The notes beneath the pieces were generated by a model. It saw only the letters and a program-made list of their open reading frames with translations. It was not told the origin of the DNA and searched no databases. A stretch of 64,000 bases of DNA. Source: Mobula hypostoma (lineage: Eukaryota). Positions 39,550 to 50,414 of the stretch are shown piece after piece. Where the stretch lies: positions 46,130,001 through 46,194,000 of the forward strand of contig NC_086097.1 of the NCBI RefSeq assembly GCF_963921235.1. The letters run 5' to 3'. The translations under genes and the position numbers were made by a program. Within the stretch, counting starts at the first letter, position 1. Each line of letters begins with the position of its first letter.

Positions 39550-42500
39550 CATAAGACGAGAATTAGGCCATTTGGCCCATTGAGCCTGCTCTGCCATTCC
39601 ATCATGGCTGATTTATTATCTCTCTCAACCCCATTCCCTTGCTTTCTCCCCATTACCTTCGCCTGACTAATCAATAACCTATCAATTTCCACTTTAAATA
39701 CTTCCACTTTCCACTGGACCTCTACAGTCATCTGTGGCAAAGAATTCCACAGATTCACGAGCCTCTGGCTAAAGAAATTCCTCCTCATTGCTGTTCTAAA
39801 TGGATGTACCTCTATTCTGAGGCTGTGCCCTCTGGTCCTAAACTCGCCCACCATAGGAAATATACTCCCCATGTCCACTCTGTCTTGCCCTTTAAATATT
39901 TGATAGGTTTCAATGAGATCTCCCCCTTATTCTCTTTATCTCCAGCATGTATAGGCCCAGAGCTATCAATCACTCCTCATACATTAACCTTTTCATTTCT
40001 GGAATAATTCTTGTAAATCTCCTATGGATTCTCTCCAATGTCAGCACATCTTTTCTTAGATATGGAGCCCAAAAATGCAAATAGTATCCCAAGTATGGTC
40101 TGACCAATGCCTTATAAAGCCTCAGCATTACATCCTTGTTCTTATATTCCAGTTGTTTTGAGATGAATGCTAAAATTACATTTGCTTTCATTACCATCAC
40201 TTCAACCAGCAAATTAATGTTTAGGGAATTGTGCACAAGGACTCCCAAGTCCCTTTGCAACTTTGATTTTTTAATTTTCTCCCCATTTAGAAAAGTTTAT
40301 GCCTTTATTCCTTCTACTAAAGTGCATGACCATACACTTTACAACACTATATTCCATCTTCCACTTGTTTGCCCATTCTCCCAATCTGAATCCTTCTGCA
40401 GACTCCGTTTCCGTAACACCATCTTTCCCACCACCTATCTTTGTATTTTCCACAAACTTGGCTACAAAGCCATCAATTTTGTCATACAAATCATTGAAAT
40501 ACAATGTGAAAAGCTGTCCCAACACGAACTCTTGCAGAACACTACAAGGTACCGACAGCCAACCAGAAAAAGCACTCTTTAATTCCACTCTTTACTTCCT
40601 GCTAGTCAGCCAACCTTCTATTCATGCTGATATATTTCCTGTAATACCATGGGTTCTTATTTTGTTAAACAGCCTCATATGCCATACCTTGTTAAAGGCC
40701 TTCTAAAGTTCCAAATAAATAACATCTACTGACACCTCTTTGTCTATCCTGCCTTTGTTTCCTCAAAGCATTCCAACAGGTTCGTCAGGCAAGATTGTCA
40801 CTTAAGGAAAACATTCTGATTACAGCCTATTTTATCATGTGCTTCCAAGTACCCTGAAATCCCATCCTTCATAATGGACTCCAACATGTTCCCAATCACA
40901 GAAGTCAGGCTAACTGGCCTATAATTTCTTTTTTTCTGCCTCCCTCCCTTCTTAAAGAGTGGAGTGATATTTACAAACTTCTAATCCATTCCAGAATCTA
41001 GTGATTCTTGACAGATCCTGACTAATGGCTCCACAATCTCTTCAACTATCTCTTTCAGAACCTGGGGTGTAGTCCTTCTGGTCCAGGTAACTTTTCTACC
41101 TTCAGGCCTTTCAGCTTCCAAAGCACCTTCTCTTTAGTACTAATAACTACACTCACTTCTGCTCCCTGACACTTGTGAATTTCTGGCATTCTGTTAGTGT
41201 CTTCCACAGTGAAAACTAACGCGAAATACTTATTAAGTTAATCCATTTCTTTGTACCCCATTACTACCTCTCCAGTCATCCGATACCCACTCTCACTTCT
41301 CTTTTACTGTATATATCCTAAAAAAACCTTCTGTTATCTTTTTAAAAACGCAAACACGAGGAATTCTGCAGATGCTGGAAATTCAAGCAACACTATAATG
41401 TGTGTTGTCTGGTATCTTTTTTATATTATTGGCTAGCTTACTTTCGTATTTCATATTTTCTCTCCTTACGGCTTTTTATTTGCCTTTTGCTGGTTTTTAA
41501 AAGCTTCCCACTAATATTTTGCTTTATTATCTGTCTTTTTTTTCTCTTCTATGCTGTCATAGACTTCCCTTGTTGGCCATGGTTGCCTCATCCTCTCTTT
41601 AGAATTGTACTTCATCTTTGAGATGCATCTATCCCTCACCTTGCGAACTGCTCCCCAAAAATCCAGCCATTGCTGTATCCCTGCTACTGTTCTATTCCAG
41701 TCAACTACGGCCAACTCCCCCCTCATGCCTCTATAATTCCCTCTACTTCATGGTACTACTAATACATCTGACTTTAGCTTTTCCCTCTCAAACTGTGAGG
41801 TGAATGATCACTGTCTCCTCAGGGTTCCTTAAGCCCCCTTATCAAATATAGTTCATTAGACAAAATCCAATCCAGAATCGCCTTTCCCCTAGTGGACTCA
41901 ACCACAAGTTGCTCTAAAAAAGCCATCTTGTAGAAATTCTACATATTCCCTCTCTTGGGATCCAGCATCAACCTGATTTTTCCAATCTAGCTGCATATTG
42001 AAATCTCCATACTATTGTTACATTGCCCTTTTTTATATACATTTTCTATCTCTTCTTGTAATTCGTATCTCACATCCGGGTCAAAAGGACGGGTTACACT
42101 TGAATCCTAGGGGGACCAATATCCTGGCAGGGAGATTAGCGGGGGCTACTGAGGTGACTTTAAACTAGAATGGTTGGGGGGTGGGAATCAAATTAAAGAG
42201 GCTAGGCGTGAGGAGGTTAGTTCACAACAGAGGGATGGGAACCAGTGCAGAGAGACAGAGGGGTGTAAAGTGAGCGTAGAAGCAAAAAGTACAAAGGAGA
42301 AAAGTAAAAGTGGCAGGCCGACAAATCCAGGGCAAGCATTAAAAAGGGCCACTTTTCAACATAATTGTACAAGGGCTAAGAGAGTTGTAAAAGAGCGCCT
42401 GAAGGCTTTATGTGTCAATGCCAGGAGCATTCGTAATAAGGTGGATGAATTGAAAGTGCAGATTGTTATTAATGATTATGATATAGTTGGGATCACAGAG

Positions 42501-45500
42501 ACATGGCTCCAGGGTGACCAGGGATGGGAGCTCAACGTTCAGGGATATTCAATATTCAGGAGGGATAGACATGAAGGAAGGGGAGGTGGGGTGGCGTTGC
42601 TGGTTAAAGAAGAGATTAACGCAATAGAAAGGAAGGACATAAGCCGGGAAGATGTGGAATCGATATGGGTAGAGCTGCGTAACACTAAGGGGCAGAAGAC
42701 GCTGGTGGGAGTTGTGTACAGGCCACCTAACAGTAGTAGTGAGGTCGGAGATGGTATTAAACAGGAAATTGGAAATGTGTGCAATAAAGGAACAGCAGTT
42801 ATAATGGGTGACTTCAATCTACATGTAGATTGGGTGAACCAAATTGGTAAAGGTGCTGAGGAAGAGGATTTCTTGGAATGTATGCGGGATGGTTTTTTGA
42901 ACCAACATGTTGAGGAACCAACTAGAGAGCAGGCTATTCTGGACTGGGTTTTGAGCAATGAGGAAGGGTTAATTAGCGATCTTGTCGTGAGAGGCCCCTT
43001 GGGTAAGAGTGACCATAATATGGTGGAATTCTTCATTAATATGGAGAGTGACATAGTTAATTCAGAAACAAAGGTTCTGAACTTAAAGAAGGGTAACTTT
43101 GAAGGTATGAGACGTGAATTAGCTAAGATAGACTGGCAAATGACACTTAAAGGATTGACGGTGGATATGCAATGACAAGCATTTAAAGGTTGCATGGATG
43201 AACTACAACAATTGTTCATCCCAGTTTGGCAAAAGAATAAATCAAGGAAGGTGGTGCACCCGTGGCTGACAAGAGAAATTAGGGATAGTATCAATTCCAA
43301 AGAAGTAGCATACAAATTAGCCAGAGAAAGTGGTTCACCTGAGAACTGGGAGAAATTCAGAGTTCAGCAGAGGAGGACAAAGGGCTTAATTAGGAAGGGG
43401 AAAAAAGATTATGAGAGAAAACCGGCAGAGAACATAAAAACGGACTGTAAAAGCTTTTATAGATATGTAAAAAGGAAAAGACTGGTAAAGACAAATGTAG
43501 GTCTCCTGCAGACAGAAACAGGTGAATTGATTATGGGGAGCAAGGACATGGCAGACCAATTGAATAATTACTTTGGTTCTGTCTTCACTAAGGAGGACAT
43601 AAATAATCTTCCAGAAATAGTAAGGGACAGAGGGTCCAGTGGGATGGAGGAACTGAGTGAAATACATGTTAGTAGGGAAGTGGTGTTAGGTAAATTGAAG
43701 GGATTGAAGGCAGATAAATCCCCAGGGCCAGATGGTCTGCATCCTAGAGTGCTTAAGGAAGTAGCCTAAGAAATAGTGGATGCATTAGTGATAATTTTTC
43801 AAAACTCGTTAGATTCTGGACTAGTTCCTGAGGATTGGAGGGTGGCTAATGTAACCCCACTTTTTAAAAAAGGAGGGAGAGAGAAACCGGGGAATTATAG
43901 ACTGGTTAGCCTAACGTCGGTGGTGGGGAAACTGCTGGAGTCAGTTATCAAGGATGTGATAACAGCACATTTGGAAAGCGGTGAAATGATCGGACAAAGT
44001 CAGCATGGATTTGTGAAAGGAAAATCACGTCTGACGAATCTCATAGAATTTTTTGAGGATGTAACTAGTAGAGTGGATAGGGGAGAACCAGTGGATGTGG
44101 TATATTTGGATTTTCAAAAGGCTTTTGACAAGGTCCCACACAGGAGATTAGTGTGCAAACTTAAAGCACACGGTATTGGGGGTAAGGTGTGGGTGGAGAA
44201 TTGGTTAGCAGACAGGAAGCAAAGAGTGGGAATAAACGGGACCTTTTCAGAATGGCAGGCGGTGACTAGTGGGGTACCGCAAGGCTCAGTGCTGGGACCC
44301 CAGTTGTTTACAATATATATTAATGACTTGGATGAGGGAATTAAATGCAGCATCTCCAAGTTTGTGGATGACACGAAGCTGGGTGGCAGTGTTAGCAGTG
44401 AGGAGGATGCTAAGAGGATGCAGGGTGACTTGGATAGGTTGGGTGAGTGGGCAAACTCATGGCAAATGCAATTTAATGTGGATAAATGTGAAGTTATCCA
44501 CTTTGGTGGCAAAAATAGGAAAACAGATTATTATCTGAATGGTGGCCGATTAGGAAAAGGGGAGGTGCAACGAGACCTGGGTGTCATTATACACCAGTCA
44601 TTGAAAGTGGGCATGCAGGTACAGCAGGCGGTGAAAAAGGCGAATGGTATGCTGGCATTTATAGCGAGAGGATTCGAGTACAGGAACAGGGAGGTACTAC
44701 TGCAGTTGTACAAGGCCTTGGTGAGACCACACCGGGAGTATTGTGTGCAGTTTTGGTCCCCTAATCTGAGGAAAGACATCTTTGCCATAGAGGGAGTACA
44801 AAGAAGGTTCACCAGATTGATTCCTGGGATGGCAGGACTTTCATATGAAGAAAGACTGGATGAACTGGGCTTGTACTCGTTGGAATTTAGAAGATTGAGG
44901 GGGGATCTGATTGAAACGTATAAGATCCTAAAGGGATTGGACAGGCTAGATGCAGGAAGATTGTTCCCGATGTTGGGGAAGTCCAGAACGAGGGGTCACA
45001 GTTTGAGGATAGAGGGGAAGCCTTTTAGGACCGAGATTAGGAAAAACTTCTTCACACAGAGAGTGGTGAATCTGTGGAATTCTCTGCCACAGCAAACTGT
45101 TGAGGCCAGTTCATTGGCTATGTTTAAGAGGGAGTTAGATATGGCCCTTGTGGCTACAGGGGTCAGGGGGTATGGAGGGAAGGCTGGGGCGGGGTTCTGA
45201 GTTGGATGATCAGCCATGATCATAATAAATGGCGGTGCAGGCTCGAAGGGCCGAATGGCCTACTCCTGCACCTATTTTCTATGTTTCTATTCTGGCTACT
45301 TTTGGAGGCCTGTTTATAACTCCAATCAGGTCTTTTTACTCTTGCAGTTTCTTAATTCTACCCACAAGGATTCTACATCTTCCGATCCTATGTCACCTTT
45401 TTCTAAGGATTTGATTTTATTATTTTACCAACAGAGCAGCACCCCCCCCTTTGCCTACCTGTCTGTCCTTTTGATACAATGTGTACCTTTAGATGTTAAG

Positions 45501-45815
45501 CTCCCAACTACGATCATCTTTCAGCCATGACTCAGTGATGCCCACAATGTCATTCGTGCCAATCTCTAACTGCTCTACAAGATCTTCTATCTTTTCCATA
45601 CACCACGTGCTTTCAGATATAACACATTCAGTCATGTATTCATCACCCTTTTCAATTCTGCCCCCATTTTACACTTCAATTTATCCCACTGACTGCAATT
45701 TTGCCCTATTGTCTGCTTGCCCTTCCTCAGACACACGATGCACTGCATCTACTTGTATACCAACTGCTCCATCCTCAGCCCTATCACTATGGTTCCTACC
45801 CCCGTGCCAAATTAG
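39550..45815 (-). mobile_element. Older degraded CR1 LINE split by a younger + strand CR1 (42079-45290)
   Basis: RT fragments at 39522-40706. EN sequence breaks at cacatcc (42077) and resumes at tggctacttttggagg (~45293). Confidence 0.85.
42079..45290 (+). mobile_element. Young CR1 LINE: end of ORF1 and near-intact ORF2 (APE endonuclease + RT) with 3' tail
   Basis: ORFs 42174..43175, 43194..43769 and 43776..45200 share one frame, broken only by two stop codons. Motifs [33 protein letters not shown] and KFVDD are present; tail ttttctatgtttctat. Confidence 0.95.
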
Positions 45816-46452
45816 ATCCAAAATGCTCAAAAGTTTTTCTTTCCACAGCTGCTATCTGTCCCACTGGGTCTTTTAAGCTTTGCTGTTTTCAAACTTGAAA
45901 ATATTTGATCTAAATAGATGCTATCTCCAGCAACAATATTGCAACAATGGAATGTTATGGAAAATTTGCTATTTCCACTAGCTTCAAATTCAATCTTGCT
46001 ACTTAATAGGTCTCTTGCGTATGTGGAGCTGAGACTTAATGAATACTGAGTACTGTAGCTGACAAACAAGAAGCTTTTCTACAATAGTAGTTTAATATAA
46101 AAATAACTTGCACATAAGAACATCAAAAGGAAATTATTCCACTGATTTTTCTTCTAAATTTTAATGAATAATCTTTTCCATGAAAATTTTTCACACTCAT
46201 ACCAAGGAGAAACAAACTATTTTTATGAAGAAAAAGTTATTCTACTTCAATTTGTCATCTAAAAATAACCAGCGTTATATTAATATTAGGCTTTCTTCTC
46301 CAGCTGTCCTTATCAGTAGCAAACATTGCTGCACTTGAGATGATCTAGAATATTTTTTTAAAGTAAGTGTTTATATTTCTCAATCCTGTGGTTATCGACA
46401 TTCAATAACAAGTCTATGTGCTTAATACGTATAATTAATGAAATATTATTAC

Positions 46453-46561
46453 CTGAAACCGTACGTGTAATGTGCTGTTTGCTACGCTGCTGCCTTGGAA
46501 GATTGGAATGTGAAACACGCTTTTCTTTTATCTGTTCATCCTGTGATACTGGTGACACACT
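46453..46561 (-). CDS. CDC42BPB: MRCK-beta exon (C-terminal region)
   Basis: 109 nt, ttgctgcag acceptor, gtaata donor. Reads SVSPVSQDEQIKEKRVSHSNLPRQQRSKQHITRTVS. Confidence 0.85.
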
Positions 46562-46623
46562 CTGCAGCAACAAGTGAAATATTAAATTAAATTTGATTTT
46601 CCTTCTCGAGAAGAGCTCAATGC

Positions 46624-46812
46624 CTCATTAAACACTGTGTTATATTTAATGTTGCTTTGAAGGAAAAGCCAGATGGAAGATGGGACAGCATTCCCAGCAG
46701 GAGGAAGAAGGCGAGTGCAGAGTGTAGTCATGTGACAAATGTGCTCAAAGTTGGCTCGAAGAGATACAAGGACATGGCGTTGAGGATGAATGGGAAGGAA
46801 ACTCATTCTGTG
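46624..46812 (-). CDS. CDC42BPB: Candidate alternative (or decaying) exon with a second CRIB-like motif
   Basis: ttccttttgttgacttag acceptor, open in phase 0: HRMSFLPIHPQRHVLVSLRANFEHICHMTT... The donor is uncertain (GC after 46624 or GT after 46636). Confidence 0.5.
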
Positions 46813-47371
46813 CTAAGTCAACAAAAGGAAACAGACTATTTAGGGAAATCTTTTTAAAAAAGTTATTCAGTAATTCCTGCAATTAGAACATGGATTTAAA
46901 TTTTACTAATTGAAGTCGGAAGATACAAAAACAAGTACAATTTTTATTGTACTTGTTTTGGAGTGATTAACATTTGAAACCAATAGTAAGAGCTTGCTTC
47001 AACTGCTTGCTTCATATATAATTTTTGAAATTCAAAGACTTGTTTCTCCACAAAACACCAGAATGCTATTTCAATACTGCAAATAATTTAAAAGGTATTA
47101 AATTTAAACCATATCAGAATCTTCACTGGATCTTTTAGTATAATTCTTCCATTTTATACAAATTTGTAACTGACGTTCGTCCCTCTATCCAACAGCTCTC
47201 AGTACTAAGTGTCTCAATTAACTGGAATCCACTATACTTAATATTGTAAAACTTTAACACGTTGTTTTAATTTTATTTGTGGGATTTATTTTAACATCGC
47301 AGAATGCAATTTTCAGATTATGCAAACGGTAAATCAACATTTCATAAGAAAACTATTGCTGCTTATAGTTA

Positions 47372-47548
<177 letters not shown>

Positions 47549-47617
47549 TTAGTCACAAAATGGCTCAATAACACAAAACTACATAGATTGTAAAGCCACT
47601 TGAGAACAACATCCTAC

Positions 47618-47738
47618 CGCCTTTGTTGTAACCGTTCCTCTTCCGGTATTCTGAAAGCAAATCTCTTTTTGCTGCGTGTCCTGAGCATCTGCTTTTTGCT
47701 GTTGTCTGATGTGTCTGGCACATTCAAGCTGTCTCCAT
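47618..47738 (-). CDS. CDC42BPB: MRCK-beta exon (pre-CRIB)
   Basis: 121 nt. Reads (D)[39 protein letters not shown](R). Confidence 0.95.
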
Positions 47739-48315
47739 CTGTAATAATGCCCACCATAGACCCAATCAATTGTCTGACAATTAAGACATAGGGCCTCCAT
47801 AATTTTGGTTTAATGATATTGAAGGGCTTAAGTGTATTATTCAAGTTTCACCGAGTGCTTGCAGGACTATACACTAATCCTACAAAAGTTGTATTTCTAA
47901 AAGTGAGGAATTGTGTATAATATACAATCTATGAGAAAAAAATATATCAACTCCTAGTATAAGAGAACTGAGAAGCCTTTTAAATAAAATAAGTATCTGG
48001 TAACTAATTGATTTAAAGAAGCAAATAATGAGACAAACCTAATAGTAGGATGGCAGTTCCATGTGAACTGGTAGCACACAGGCCTGCAAGGACACCAGAT
48101 TTGGAACTGTGGTTCATGCACTAAAATGTGGCAGTTCTACACTTGCCTACTGAATCTAGGGAGTAAATCTGATAGTAGATTTGCTGCGATTCTTCAGCAG
48201 ATTTGACCTGGTGCAGCACCCACAGCTTATTTATTTCAATGGAAACTTTTCACAGTTGTGAGATTGTTTAAAGTAGTCCTGACCAGTTCAAAATATTTTA
48301 AATGGTCTTTTATGG

Positions 48316-48395
48316 CAGAGGTTACCAACCTTTTTTATGCCATGGAACCTTACCATTTTCTGAGGGGTCCGTGGACCCCAGATTTGGAACTCTTA
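48316..48395. mobile_element. 80-bp hAT-type MITE
   Basis: 8-bp TSD ttttatgg at 48308-48315 and 48396-48403, imperfect terminal inverted repeats, related copy at ~6029-6092. Confidence 0.65.
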
Positions 48396-49503
48396 TTTTA
48401 TGGTAAATTTTAAAAAAAAACAACAAAATAATGTTTGTTACATTTAAATTATGTGTCATTTCTAGCAATTGGATTCATACATTTCACCATTCTTTAGTAA
48501 GTAGGATAGTGATAGCAGATAGGAGCTAAACAGCATATGACACAAGCAGGCCATGGTGAATTTACCAAGTGGTTTTGGATGTTGCTGGTAAGTGCACCCA
48601 AGGCTTTTTAGTTTCACTTCTTACTATACACTTGTGTTTTTATTATATAACATTTTCCTTACCATGCAGTAAGTTTTCAGTGTTTATAAGCCAGCAACTC
48701 TCAACACTAGCATCTGCAGGATGTACAACTCCTATAATAATTATTAATTTGCTAAATTATTTTTAAATACTTTTGAATCTCAGGACATTCAGATGCATTC
48801 CAAAAGCTTTGCTGCTTAGACAGTCAGCTCAATAGTAGCTGCAGCAGAAATGACACAGGTACCCTTCCAGATCATTTCAAGTACTGTATTCTGGCAAGCT
48901 ATAAATTATCTGTTCTTCATTTGATATTTTCTTGTGTAATTTTCTCTCCAGGATGAGCAGTCAGAGTAATAGCTCTATTATTATTTTTACTTGCTGTTCC
49001 AGGAATAATAATCAGAACTCCACAATCATCAGCACAAAACAAAATCAAGTCTGAAGACTTTTTGCAATACAAACTTAGTGTAGCACATAGAGATGTTTTA
49101 CCTTGTTTTCCATAAGAGACTGTTCACCCTTTAACAAAATAATTACTGAAAAATGTACCATAGTGTTATTACACACAATGTTGTGTTCTTTTACTTGTAG
49201 TTTCTCAATTTAGACTTGCAAAATGCAAATGAGATTGTTAGAAATTTTAAATAAACAAAACAAGAATAAATACTGCATATCCAAGGGAGAATTTGTTGTC
49301 CCTGATCAAATCTCTTATTTTCTGGATGCTAATACCTCTTAAAAGTGAAGGCACATAATGATCTAAATGGGTAAAGCACAATTTTGTTCAGGATAAAATG
49401 GCAAGGATTCAACATTCCACAAGATTGTTTTGAAACAATTCCCCAAAATGTATGGAAAAACATTACAATTTCAATATGGCTAAATGAAATTAATAAAACT
49501 AAC

Positions 49504-49588
49504 CTGAAAAATTATTCTTGAAATATATTAACCTTGGAGGTTCTGAGTTGAGCTGATTTAGTGTGCCATCACTACTTAATGGTCGGAT
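49504..49588 (-). CDS. CDC42BPB: MRCK-beta exon (end of CNH)
   Basis: 85 nt. Reads IRPLSSDGTLNQLNSEPPRLIYFKNNFS. Confidence 0.93.
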
Positions 49589-49692
49589 CTAGTCACAACA
49601 ATAAAATAAAACTTGTTAATGCACAATTGAAGCCGAGTAATGTCACTGTAAGAACAGATCTTTGTATTAGGAACTGCAACCATCTACAATAC

Positions 49693-49790
49693 CTTTCTAA
49701 GAGGAATTGTTTGGACCCATTCCATGGTGTTCACATCAAAAACATCCACACCATACTCACTGTAGATTGTTAGATATGAAGTAGCATAAC
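49693..49790 (-). CDS. CDC42BPB: MRCK-beta exon (CNH)
   Basis: 98 nt. Reads (G)[32 protein letters not shown]. Confidence 0.93.
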
Positions 49791-50414
49791 CTGGTATAGG
49801 CACAAAAAGCATATGATCAGTCAAATTGAGTGAAGGGTGTATCTCCAGTGAAATACGTACAAAATTGGCTTAACCCATGCATGAGAATTTCAGGCACAGG
49901 TTACAACCATTGTAAGTGTACATTCAGTAAATCTTCGTATAGGTTTAAAAGATATTACAACAGTTTAATGTCTCATGTGAAAGATGACACCCCAAATAAA
50001 ATTGCATACCTTTTGTACTGCATTAGAATTTCTGGAGTGATACGTGAACACAGCCTCCTAACTCAGAGATAGGGGTACAATCAACAAAATCACAGTTGAC
50101 AATCAAACAATACAATAGAGAATCTAAAGTTATTGGATTGAGAGTAGAACAAAGAGATTGTAAAAGACATAGATAAGTAAGTGGGCATATAGAGCTGTAA
50201 CACACGCAAAAAATGTTGGTGAACGCAGCAGGCCAGACAGCATCTACAGGAAGAGGTACAGTCAACGTTTTGGGCCGGAACCCTTCATCAGGACTAACTG
50301 AAAGAAGAGATAGTAAGAGATTTGAAAGGGGGAGGGGGAGATCTGAAATGATAGGAGAAGACAATAGGGGAGGGGTGGATCAATTATCCTTTTTAGCATG
50401 ATAAATAGAAGCAA

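Noticed and set aside
42539..43315. 258-aa minus-strand ORF (and similar antisense ORFs at 44114-44812)
   Set aside because: Antisense shadow of the CR1 ORF2, with no independent coding signal.
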